From Octopus vulgaris (Eukaryota): 64,000 nt of DNA. Shown here in pieces: positions 1-11,978 of this stretch (position 1 is its first letter; every line of letters begins with the position of its first letter). The position numbers were made by a program, and so were the translations under genes. Under the pieces are notes generated by a model. That model searched no databases and was not told the origin of the DNA. It saw nothing but the letters and a program-made list of their open reading frames with translations. The stretch lies in contig OX597814.1 in the NCBI GenBank assembly GCA_951406725.2, forward strand, positions 34,162,001-34,226,000, read 5' to 3'.

Positions 1-199
1 AGGTAGGTTTCCTATAAATTTGGTGACTCATCAAAGTAGGTGTTTCAATCTAAGGTACAGTTTCAGTACTTCAATATAGTTATAACTAGAAAGGATTACT
101 GCTAAACTTAAGCAGTAAAGGCATCCCCTGGATAGGATTACCAGTTTATTACAGATTTTGTTCATATCATGATTTAAAAACAGTATTTCAAGATGAACA

Positions 200-595
200 C
201 TTACTCTTTTACTTGTTTCAGTCATTTGACTGTGACCATGCTGGAGCACCGCCTTTAGTCGAGCAAATTGACCCTAGGACTTTTTTTTTGTAAGCCTAGT
301 ACTTATTCTATCGGTCTCTTTTGTTGAACCGCTATGTTACGGTGATGTAAACACACCAGCATCGGTTGTCAAGCGATGTTGGGGGGACAAACACAGACAC
401 AGAAACATATACACACACACATATATATACATATATACGATGGGCTTCTTTCAGTTTCCACCTACCAAATCCACTCACAAGGCTTTGGTCGACCCGAGGC
501 TATAGTAGAAGACACTTGCCCAAGGTGCCACGCAGTGGGACTGAACCTGGAACCATGTAGTTGGTAAACAAGCTACTTATCACACAGTCATTCCT
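200..595 (-). mobile_element. tRNA-headed SINE (family A)
   Basis: Near-identical to copies at 27225-27645, 15995-16232 and 51349-51685; Pol III A/B-box-like head on the minus strand, internal CA/TA microsatellite. Confidence 0.85.
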
Positions 596-1163
596 ACTTG
601 TTAAACGAATCTTGCTATCTACAGCAATAAACTATACATTGTTCAGTATCTATTTGAAATTGGTGAGCTTTCCTCATGTGAGTCTCTCTGGGATGCTATG
701 TGGTTTGGGAATTTACTTTCAAATCATGTGGTTCTGGTTTTGATCACATTGTGGAATTTTGGGTGAGAGTCTTGAACCATAACCTCAGATTGACCCAGGG
801 CTTGTGAGTGAAATTGATAAACAGAAACTGATGGGCTGAATGTGTTACTGAATGGTAGATTTAAGCTATGACTCTACTTAATAGCACCACCAGGCACTTG
901 GATGCCTTTAGTGGAGTATATTGTGTAGCAGAACCAAGATAAACAACTCTGACCTCTTTCCACTGCTAGTTGATATATATATCATCATCATTGTTTGATA
1001 TCCATTTCCCATGCTGGCATGGGTTGGACAGTTTGACAAGAGCTGTCCAGACAATAATTGTCTGTTGTGGTATGATTTCTATGGTTGGATGCCCTTTCTA
1101 ATGCCAACTACTTTACTGGGTGTGCTAGATGCTTATATAAATAGGTGTTTATAAAAATAAATT

Positions 1164-1579
1164 GGATCTTTTCAGTTTGAATGGCAGTTTTTAACATAAT
1201 TTCTAGGTAACTAAAAAATTTTAAACTTCGTATACTGGTAGAATGTGTTTATAAAACATCTTTTTCTCTTGGCTTTATTGAGAAAATTCTATAGTTTGTA
1301 AGATATTTGTTGTTTTTTTTCTTCAATTTCTGCAATTTCAACAATCAATGACCGTCTATTGAGGTGAAAACATTCTGTGCTGTATGAATATGTCCCTCGT
1401 TTAAGAAACAGATTGGGTTTATTTACATTTGTGAAGAAAAAAAGATACCCTTCCTCCCACCCCTAACCCTAACCCTAAAACACATTGAAATGCAATAGAT
1501 CAATACTAGGGTCATAATTATGGGTGACAATTTCATATGACACCGCTAGAAAAAACTGCCGTTCAAACCGAAAAGATCC
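1164..1579. mobile_element. MITE with ~29-bp TIRs and 8-bp TSD (Merlin-like)
   Basis: ggatcttttcagtttgaatggcagttttt ... aaaaactgccgttcaaaccgaaaagatcc; TSD aataaatt at 1156-1163 and 1580-1587. GG termini plus an 8-bp TSD suggest Merlin (inference). Confidence 0.8.
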
Positions 1580-1714
1580 AATAAATTAATTAATATAAGC
1601 AGCTATGCACAATATAAAACCACAAAGGAAAAATTTAATCATCACTAATTGTGACTTAAGTGCTGAATAACACCTAAATTGTTAGAAATAAGTTAAAACC
1701 CTTAAAAGTGCATA

Positions 1715-1748
<34 letters not shown>

Positions 1749-1755
1749 TATATAT

Positions 1756-2554
1756 TGTTACGAATGGAAAAAGAAATTATATCCTGATGATTTCATGTTC
1801 ACAAGACACAAACATCACTCTCTGGTTTTGCATTGAAAAACATATTGAACACAGAGTGGAGTGATATTGAGAAATATCCCTTTTCCATTAGCTGGGTTTG
1901 AAATGGTGCTCCAGTTATTCATGCCAGTGGGATTTCGACTGTCTTGTCAGAAAGCATGGTTTTTTTATGACTGTAGGTACTTGATCTCTTGACCGCTACA
2001 GTCATAAGAGTTTAAAATGACAACAGAGTAACCCATTTTCGAAGGCAAACATGCACTGTGTTACCTGTGATATACCTGTCTTTCTGGCTGCATAGCCAGA
2101 TGTATACAGGTAACTCTCAAGTTAAAGAGGGACAGAGACAGACCAGCTGAGTGGCAGGGAACATGTACATTTATGCAATGGGGCTAAAAAGAGTTGATAG
2201 GAGGAAGCAAACAAACAGAGAGCAACAGTTGTAAAGTGGTTGTGGCAGGCAAGAACGACACAACCAGGAACGTGAACATTGCAGAGGTAAATGAAATACC
2301 TGTCTGTTGTTAAATGTTTTAAAAGAAAAAGAACTTTCCAAAGAACTCTGTTGTTAAATGTTTAAAACAAAATGTTTTTACTTTGACTATATGCAACAAT
2401 GTTGTTTTGTTGTTGGCGGCTTTTCTGGCTTCTTCACTGCTGCTTCTTCTAATCTGGGCAGTTTGACTTGCTGAGTGTTGGTGCACATGGTTTTCTGGGC
2501 TAGCAAACTGCAGGCTGTTTGTGGTGGTATCAAAGGGCTGAGTGTGGTGTAACA
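1756..2554. mobile_element. Candidate solo LTR
   Basis: About 800 bp bounded by TGTTAC...GTAACA, GC-richer than the flanks, set between microsatellites; no matching TSD seen. Confidence 0.4.
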
Positions 2555-2589
2555 GCATATATATATATCTATGTATAACATGTAACCTT

Positions 2590-2860
2590 GACCTTTGGAG
2601 ATAGGCTATGCTTCAGAAAACCTATTGAGTCAAGTGAAATCGTTGTCGTGACTAATGCCAGTACTGCCTGACTGTCACCTGTGCCAGTGGCATGTAATAA
2701 GCACCCACTACACTCTTGGAGTGGTTGGCTGTAGAAATCTAGCTGTAGAAATCTTGCCAGATCAGATTGGAGCCTGACGCAGCCTCCTGGCTTGCCAGTC
2801 CTGTCAAACTGTCCAACCCATGCCAGCACAGAAAGCGGACATTAAATGATGATGATGATG
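2590..2860 (+). mobile_element. RTE-type 3'-end fragment/SINE with (GAT)n tail
   Basis: Same 3' sequence as the RTE LINE end at 41570-41822. Confidence 0.75.
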
Positions 2861-3042
2861 TACATATGTATATACATACATGTGAGAGTGTGTGCAAGTA
2901 TTTATGAATGGAAGCATATGTCAATGTTGAATACTGAACAATGCTTCTATGCATATATATACATGTGCATAAGTATAAATATGCATATGTGCAACGATAT
3001 ATTGTGTGTATATTATATGGTGATATTTGTACATATGTATAA

Positions 3043-4590
3043 ATGCATTCTCTATTCTTCCAATTCTGTCTTGACAATGGTGTTACTCCAGAACAGTGGA
3101 AAACTGCCAGTGTTATCCCTCTGTTCAAAAAAGGCGACCGCACATCGCCTGTCAACTATCGCCTTACTAGCTGCATCGCCAAACTGATGGAATCCTGTAT
3201 CAGAGGAACCCTCTGGAACTTCTGGAAGTCTCACAGCTTCATCCAGCCGTCACAATTTGGATTTATTCCTAACTCCAGCTGCTGTAATCAACTCATCGAG
3301 TTTCTTGAGGACGTTACCCAAATCACTGATTGCGGATCCTGGGTGGATGTTGTTTACCTGGACTTTGCTAAGGCTTTTAACTCTGTGCCCCACAAAAGAC
3401 TTATGGTGAAGCTCTCTGCGTTGGGCATAAGAGACGAACTCTATAACTAGTTGAAGTTCTTTATTTTCGTCCGAAAAGAGGTTGCCACAGTTCTAGGACA
3501 GCACTCTTCGCCCTATGAGATGACATCTGGTGTACCACAGGGATCTGTTCTTGGCCCCTTTTATTTGTTGCATATGTTAATGACATAGATGTCAACTTAA
3601 AGAATGCCACAGTGCTGAAATATGCAGATGACATCAAGCTGTACCTCGAAATAAAGAGGTCAGATCCTGTACACTATAGATCTCTATTGCAAGCAGACCT
3701 GGACACAATGCAGCAGTGGATCATGGACTGGCAACTCAAGCTGGCTGTGGACAAATGTACCACCATGCATTTTGGGAGGAGAAACCCAGCGTCCACCTAC
3801 TCCCTCCACAACACTAGTCTCAAAAAGTCTTCATGTGAACGTGACCTGGGTGTTATTGTCGACAGTGATTTGTGTTGGACAAAACACATTGCTAAAATTG
3901 TCAAGAAGGCTGAGGGTGTCTTGGCATCACTCACCAAATCCTTTGTGAGCCACTCTCCGACTATCTATCTGCGGCTCTCTATAGCTATGGTAAGACCTCA
4001 CCTGGAATTTGCATCACCGGTCTGGAACCCCTATCTTGCCCAGGATATCAATCGTCTGGAAGCCGTTCAGTGACGTGCAACCAAAAGAATGCCCTCCATC
4101 AGGCATTTGCCATATTCTGAACGCCTTACTTCCCTGAGCATGGACACATTGAAACTCCGACGTCTGGCAGCTGACTTGGCAGACACCCATAAAATTATCA
4201 ACCATCATACAAACAATAACTCTGAGCACCTTTTCAAACTCCACCCATCTAACACCCGTGGACATATTTATAAAGTCAGAAAACAGCACAGCTCCCATGA
4301 CTTTATGAAACATTTTTTCATGCTGAGAGTTGCTGAAGCATGGAACAAACTGCCGGCATCAGTTGTTAATTGTCGGAGCACTGCATCCTTCAAAACTTCC
4401 ATGCTTTCTGAGATTCGCCAACACTACACCTGATTTTTCTCCCCTCCATACACACACAAGCATGTATCTGACTCATGCATTGTTCGCTTTCCAGACATTT
4501 GTACATTACTGCATGTGCTTTATATGCACTGTCTGACAAGTTGTGGTGCACCTGAGCACTGTATACAATAATTTCATTATTATTATTATT
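3043..4590 (+). mobile_element. 5'-truncated CR1/L2-group LINE (reverse transcriptase pseudogene)
   Basis: PLFKKGDR..PVNYR, QFGF, VVYLDFAKAFNSVPH, SGVPQGSVLGP, YADDIKLY, ERDLGVIVD, VRPHLEFASPVWNP; stops and frameshifts; ends in an (ATT)n tail. Confidence 0.92.
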
Positions 4591-4855
4591 ATATCCCTGT
4601 GTGTATATATATATACTGATATTAACAGATGAATGTGTGATTGTGCATTAACATGTATGTGTGTATTTACATATGATAAGTTTTCTCAACTTTATATACA
4701 ACCTACAAATGTAATTTATTTTCTCACCTCATTCATATTGTACTTTATTTACATTGTAATTTACTCTTTATTACCCTAATTATATTTATCTTACCCACAA
4801 CAAACCTGTAACCCCCTCACCTGGGCATATACCATTATTAATCATAAACAGTATT

Positions 4856-5033
4856 TATTTCTTTATTGCCCACAAGGGGACAGACAAAGGGATTAAGGCG
4901 ATTACATCTACCCCAGTATGTAACTGGTACTTAATTTATCGACCTCGAAAGGATGAAAGGCAAAGTCGACCTCGGCGGAATTTGAACTTGAAACGTAGCG
5001 GCAGATGAAATACGGGTACGCATTTCGCCTGGC
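4856..5033 (-). mobile_element. SINE family B, 5'-truncated, with TSD
   Basis: TSD aatcataaacagtatt at 4840-4855 and 5034-5049; shares the gactttgcctttcatcctttc core with copies at 39605, 56751 and 61081. Confidence 0.85.
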
Positions 5034-5226
5034 AATCATAAACAGTATTATTCAGTCACCCATGATAATTCTACAAACTAACAAACAAAATATCTAAGTG
5101 TATATTTTTCTCTCCCACTGAAGAGATTATGCTCAGAAATACAATCCTAATATTTAACTTCAATGAGCTTAATTGAAACAGTTGTAAGGGATAATGATCG
5201 ATATCTCCATTTTCTTTTAATATATA

Positions 5227-6628
5227 CTAGCAGTATTGCCCGGCGTTGCTCGGGTTTGTAAGGGAAATAACTAAGCATTTTTAGAGAGTTATAGCCAAAA
5301 TATAGCAAAAAATGCATTAAAAATGGAAAAAAAAATTATGGTAAATTTTTTTTAAAATCGTTGACTCATCGTAGAAATTTTTAGAGAGTTACTTCCCTTA
5401 TATAATAGCGAAAAAATGCATCGACATGGAAAAAAATGATGGTAAATTTTTTTTTAAATCGTAGACGCGCGCTAATACCCAGAAGGGCTCGATATGAATC
5501 ACGACTATAAGATACCCGGTTTTGGTTAAACTGCACCGCAAAATGTGGGAGTAGTTAGGAATCTAAATCGTAGGAGACAGACACACAACCTTACTTTTAT
5601 ATATAGACTAGCAGTATCGCCCGGCGTTGCTCGGGTTTGTAAGGGAAATAACTATATAAGCATTTTTAGAGAGTTACTTCCCTTATAGATGCCAATTCGG
5701 GCTTTCTTAGCCATTTCTGTTTTGGTGTCTTCAAGCCAGGAAGTCGTTGTTCTAAAAGAACGCTGGTCTCCTTGACAACGCATTACGTTGTTGATTTCCT
5801 TAAACTCCTTTCCCCACAGCTTCACGAGGGAGGGAAGAAGGGGGAGAAGCAAACACAGGTGCAGGTGTTTGAGCGTGGACACCAACTCTGCCACCATCGA
5901 CACACGAAAAATTATGCATTAAAATGGAATAAAAAATGATGTTAAATTATTTTTAAAATCGTAGACTCATCGTAGACGCGCGCTAATAGCCAGACGGGCT
6001 CGATATGAATCACGACTATAAGATACCCGAATTTGGTTAAACTGCACCGCAAAATGTGGGAGTAGTTAGGAATCTAAATCGAAGGGGACAGACACTCACA
6101 CAACTACAGTTTTATATATATAGACTAGCAGTATCGCCCGGCGTTGCTCGGGTTTGTAAGGGAAATAACTATATAAGCATTTTTAGAGAGTTACTTCCCT
6201 TATAAATTCGGGCTTTCTTAGCCATTTTTGTTTTGGTGTCTTCAAGCCATGAAGTCGTTGTTCTAAAAGAACGCTGGTCTCATTCACAACGCATTACGAC
6301 GTTGATTTCTTTACACTTCCTTCCCCACAGCTTCACGAGGGAGGGAAGGGGGAGAAGCAAACAGGTGCAGCTGTGAGCGTGGACGCCAACTCCGCCGCCA
6401 TCGACACACGATGCATTTTATGCATTAATGGAATAAAAAATGATGTTAAATTATTTTTAAAATCGTAGACTCATCGTTGATGTGCGCTAATAGTCAGACG
6501 GGCTCGATATGAATCACGACTATAAGATACCCGAATTTGGTTAAACTGCACCGCAAAATGTGGGAGGAGTTAGGAATCTAAATCGAAGGGGACAGACACT
6601 CACACAACTAGAGTTTTATATATATAGA
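5227..6628 (-). mobile_element. Three head-to-tail non-autonomous Helitron units (5227-5607, 5608-6124, 6125-6628)
   Basis: On the minus strand each unit starts TC and ends CCCGAGCAACGCCGGG-hairpin...CTAG; junctions read CTAG|TC; the array sits between host A and T with no TSD. Confidence 0.88.
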
Positions 6629-9600
6629 TATATTGACAGGGGAGATAACTGCCCCATGAGCAAAGCTGGAAAACCACTGGTCCAGATTAGTTTTGTCTGT
6701 TAATTGCTGACTCATTGGCAGTGTCTATCCCCATTGTTTGGATGGTTCAACTGAAACCCTGTCAGTATATATATTTACCATATGAATTTATGGCAAATTT
6801 AACAAAATGCTAATCTGTATACTAAAATTAATATAAGTAGCTATGCACAGTATAAAACTATAAAGGAAAAATTTAATCATCATTAATTGTGAAATATTAA
6901 GAGTAGTGCTCTTCCTAAGGCAAATTATGATTCTTTTAACAAACCTGTATTGAATAAAACAAAAAACATGTTCATAGTTGTTGTTGTTAGCCAAAGATGT
7001 GACTCATTGCCTATTGCAGATCTCCATGCTATATCTATGATATTCATGGCTGTGAAGTATGATTTTTAAAAGTACATTTGTTTGTGTAGTTCTGAGAAAA
7101 ATCAATATTTCTATTGCATTCATCCATTTTTTGGATGAGTACTTGTCTGAGGGCAATAGTAGAAAACATTTGCACTAATGTACCAAACCTAAAATTATAT
7201 GACTGCAATGCAGGCTTCTCAACCATAAAACCATGCCTGTGACTATCTGCGCATATGCATTTATTGTATTTTCCATCCAAAGTTGAGTATTTTATACCAG
7301 GCCAAAAAATAAAAAAAAGAGAGAAGTCTATAGTACTATGTTGTTTAGTAGATTTATAATCAGTCATTTTAGGCATGACCATCTATTTTTTAGTGATATT
7401 ACAACTACACTTTCTAATGTGTCTTATTTAAAATGGCAGTGAGACTTGAGAGGAAATGTGACTGCTATTTCTAGCATGCAAGTAACTATGTGGAAGCCAT
7501 CTCCTTGTTATATTTAGTTTTGAAATGTATTTAGGCCATACAACTAAACTTCAAAAAATTGATTAGACATATTCATTCCACTTGCATTCATCATCATTTA
7601 ACATCTGTGGTCCATGCTGGCATGGGTTGGACGGTTTGACCAGTGCTGGTAAGCAGCACCAGACTCCAGTTTGATTTGGCATAGCTTTTTACAGCTGGAT
7701 GCCCTTCCTAAAGCCAACTACTCTGAGAGTGTAATGGGTGCTTTTACATGTCATTAGTATTTGTCACGACTGATTTTGCTTGGCTTGATGTGTCTTCTTC
7801 TCAAGCACAACATAGTACCAAATGTCTCGGTCATTACCTCTGTGAGGCCCAAACAAAACAATTCAATAATATTATCTTTGACCCACTTCTTTGTACATCT
7901 GCCCTTTTAAATAATTGTAATATTTTTAAGCAACATTTCACACATGCTAGATAGAATGATCTTTTTCTCTTTCACACAGTCCTCATAAATATCTAATTAT
8001 TTATGCACATTTAAGTGATAATTTCTGCTTGCAAAACATCATTTTATCTCTTAAAGTGCTTCCAGAAGAACAACTCTTCCTATGCATTTTTCAGTACAGA
8101 CACTAAGTAATCCATCTTCCAGGGCTTTTTTTTTTCTTGTTGACTCTTTCATACCAGTGATGATTCCTAGTCTAGTCATGGCTTACCTATTTAAAAAATT
8201 AATTCATATATGTAAAATGTAGAAACTGGAAATATACAAATTTAAAAAAACCCCCAGAAATTGAGTTTTTATCATAGCTGCAAATCGATTTGTAAGCTAA
8301 CTTGTTCTTTTAACATTTGTTTTCTTTGCTAGCCTGGGTTTGAACAAGAAGTTATTTGAGGTAGGAATCTCTTCTGTTTTCAAGGAAAGGAATTTTTGAC
8401 TTTAATTTCTTAACTCCAGAAGTCATCATAAGTTCAAAGCAATCTGTCATGTCAACAAGGACTGTCATCACCACCATTTTCCAAACAATTGATAAACATG
8501 GAATATCAACATTCACGCATATGCACACCAGAGACATGCCTGTACTTGTCTATATTATCCATATATTTTCAAATTTGAATATACTGACTTAAGAGGTTCT
8601 GATGCACATAGGTGGAGGTGTTAGTGTATGATTGAGAAGTTTGCTTCCCAACCATATGGTTTTGGGTTCAGTTCTACTGTGTGATACCTTTGCAAATGTC
8701 TATTAAAGCCATGAGTCAACCAAAGCCCTGTGAGTGGATTTGGTAGGTGGAAACAGAAAGCAGCCTGTTGTGTATGTATGTATATGTAGATATATGTGTG
8801 TGAGCTGGTGTCTTTCTTTCTTGTGACATCATAAGATAGCTATAAATGTCATATTGTTTCTATTATTTCCAGTCTTCTTTGAAAACATGTTTGGTCACGG
8901 GGTAATATAACCCTACTTAAAAACAGGAGAGGATTGGTGGCGTCTGACTACAGAAAATATGCCTTAATACACCCTGCCTAGCCCATGCAAACATGGAAAA
9001 GTGGACATTAAAATGATGATGATGATGACAGAACATTAGATTATCTGTACAGATTATGTAATGAAGCTGATAGCAAGCTGGTTACCAATTTCTTGAATAC
9101 TATCAACACAGAGGTTACTTACTTTCCACTGTTACTATGATTTGAAAAAAAATAAATTTCATTGTTTTACACATTTGGCAATGCTACAGAAATAAGCTTT
9201 AATGTGGTGTATATAAACTAAAATATAAGTTTGTATTGGTGGAGATTAAAATGCATGTTAGGATTAAAAATCCTTGAGCAAACTTGGAAAAATGATATGT
9301 TAATGGAAGTAGATCTGAAAACATCACTGTAGCAATATCTCCCAAAAGATGAAATTAATTAATATCAATTCAACTTGACAACCATACAGGAAATTTCTCA
9401 CAGATAATAGCTGTGTAAACTACCAAAGTATTTGTAATAATATTGAGATGAAGATTCACAGGAACTGTAGTTTTCCATTTATAGGTTACTGCATTCTCTC
9501 TTCAAAAGACAATTCTCTTTTTTTTTTTTTATTATAGTTTTCATTTTTGAGGTTTGTCCAGTGTTCGTTTATGTTATTCAGTTGAGGAATAACTGTTTTA

Positions 9601-9651
9601 ATAAGTGCTCTCAACAAATGTATGACCAAGATAAAAGAAAAAATATTGAAC

Positions 9652-9843
9652 ACGTGCAGGTGGCACGTAAAAAGCACCCACTACACTCACGGAGTGGTTG
9701 GCGTTAGGAAGGGCATCCAGCTGTAGAAACACTGCCAGATCAGACTGGGCCTGGCGCAGCCTTCTGGCTTCCCAGACCCCAGTTGAACCGTCCAACCCAT
9801 GCTAGCATGGAAAACGGACGTTAAACGATGATGATGATGATGA
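9652..9843 (+). mobile_element. RTE-type 3'-end fragment/SINE
   Basis: ...gtccaacccatgctagcatggaaaacggacgttaaacgatgatgatg tail. Confidence 0.8.
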
Positions 9844-11907
9844 AGGCTCATAATAAAAAATTGTTATCTTACAACTTGAAGTTAGTTATTTCTCTTTAAA
9901 GAATATCTTCCAATCAAAATAAGCTTTACTTATCCTAAAGAGATATAATGTATAGTAGAGATGGAGATGTTTGAGTGAATAAATACAGATCAACAGCTGA
10001 GAATGCTTGTGTGTGCACACACATGACCAAGACAGCTAAACTCTCAAATGAACCAGTTCATCAAACTAAGCAATACAGCTTCATAAAATTGGTAAGCATT
10101 GTTTAGCTCTATGATAGTCCTGATCAAAGGTGCTCCACACATAATCATTCAATACCTCCACATTAATCAAAGTATTCTTTTTCCAATAGGTTATCATAAT
10201 ATATGAGAAATTAGTTGTAAGTCATGAATTGTATAAAAGGATGAAGTATAAATGTTATGGAAGAAATTATGCAATTGAAACCATTTTTGTTTTTTAAAAT
10301 AAATCATGGCAGAGTGATTCAATACAATTAACTATAGTAAAATACTGATTTCCTTGTATTTTAAATAGTGTTAAAAAATATTAGTGCCTATATCAAATAA
10401 CTATGATCCATCGCTTAAATGCAAAATGGTTATAATGTGGAACTATATCTTCATCAGTGGTTAATACAAGTAATGCATTTCAAATTCAGCATCCATAGAG
10501 ATAGTGTAAATTTACACCTATATTGTAACAACCATACTATAAAGGTGTTAATTTAAAAATTAAATCAACATTTTAAACTCGGTTAGGTTAAATGACAACC
10601 GTATTATATCTTTCCAATTAATAAAATCTCAGTTCTAAATAAGCTAAATTAACTGATCATTTCCAAATTAAGTTCTGATTGTATTGGGGATAGAGGTCCT
10701 ATTTCTTAGTTCACTCATTAAATTAATTTAGCAAATCTAATGAACTGAATACATAGAAACCTTAAAATATGAACACAAATCATTAACAGTGTATTTTCCA
10801 CAAATAATTGTCTAATTTCTTACCACAAGCCTATAGATTTGCAGATAAGGAGCTCAGTCAATTGAATTAGCTCCAGTACTGGAATGTTTTCATCAATTCC
10901 AAAAAGATGATTGTTTAAGTCAACAGATTTTAGTTCAGACTGTACACTGACATACCTAATTACCAAAATGCATGTTTTCCCAACAAGTCTAGATATTTTT
11001 AAACACCTTAAAGCAGTGGATACCAAAAGTTGCCCCATGGTCATATAAATAATAAAAAGTTCAAAAAAATACAAACTAAAATTCTCTAACGGCTATGTTA
11101 CATATGTTGAATAAAGAAGCAAGTACATAACTTTTTGTAGTTTAAAATTATTTCTTGACTTTATACACAAAGTGTACGAAAATATTTTTATTTGCTGCAA
11201 AGTGTGCCATAATCAAAAAGAAAAAACAAAGATGTTTAGGAACCACTGCTCTAATGTATAAGATACTGAAATATAATTTAGTTAGATATTATGATGCAAA
11301 TGCGTAACTTCGTCTTTAAGCAAATTTAGAATTAAAGAATTAAACACATTGTTGTTATACACACAGTCACATTTTTATATACAAACACCTACTTAAATAT
11401 TCCAGTGTAGTTAAAATATCCAAATACACTTCCTTAAATAGGTCAGCTGCAAAAAAATATAATTATCAGAGAGAAATATCTTTTTGTAAATACATCTCTA
11501 CATTTGCAACTATGTTTATAAAAAAGAAAAGGGGCAGTTCTTCAATGAATATATATATAGATATATCCTTTGTATGTTTGTTTTCTAGAATAAGTCAAAG
11601 AAAAATCAAAGAATTTCAGATTTATAAGAAACTGTTAATGAAGAATTTCAAATTGACAGATTAACAAAGGTAGATGCTTGTAATTTCTGCCCTGGATCAG
11701 CAGCACACTAGCACAAATACTCAAAGACCCCAGCAGAAAGTTTAGACAGCAGCAGAGTCCAAGTGAGTTTATAACAACAGCAAAGTGGAAATACTTGGTT
11801 GCTAGAATGCTGTAGTTTTTTGTTGTATTTTTGTGGTACTGTTCAAAATTGTTCAGTTTGGTACTTGTTAGGTGGAATACACTAGTTGCTAGAATGTTTA
11901 GAGGTAG

Positions 11908-11978
11908 CTATTGGTATGAATTTCCAAAAATTGGCTTTGGTGGTAACTGCGATGGATCTTCTATCATACTTCTGTTTG
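11908..11978 (-). CDS. TIMM17: Tim17 final coding exon
   Basis: ttgtag|(A)[25 protein letters not shown]; EDPSQLP is typical of the animal Tim17 C-terminus. Confidence 0.9.

Noticed and set aside
647-662. 16-nt plus-strand micro-exon candidate (cag|TATCTATTTGAAATTG|gtgagc)
   Set aside because: The donor-like site runs into a degenerate SINE head and the acceptor is weak; cannot be supported.
1461-1478. Telomere or chromosome-fusion signal
   Set aside because: Only three CCCTAA units, internal to a MITE.
2319-2581. Minus-strand ORFs of 79 and 64 aa
   Set aside because: No recognisable domain or linked splice pattern; they lie in the candidate solo LTR.
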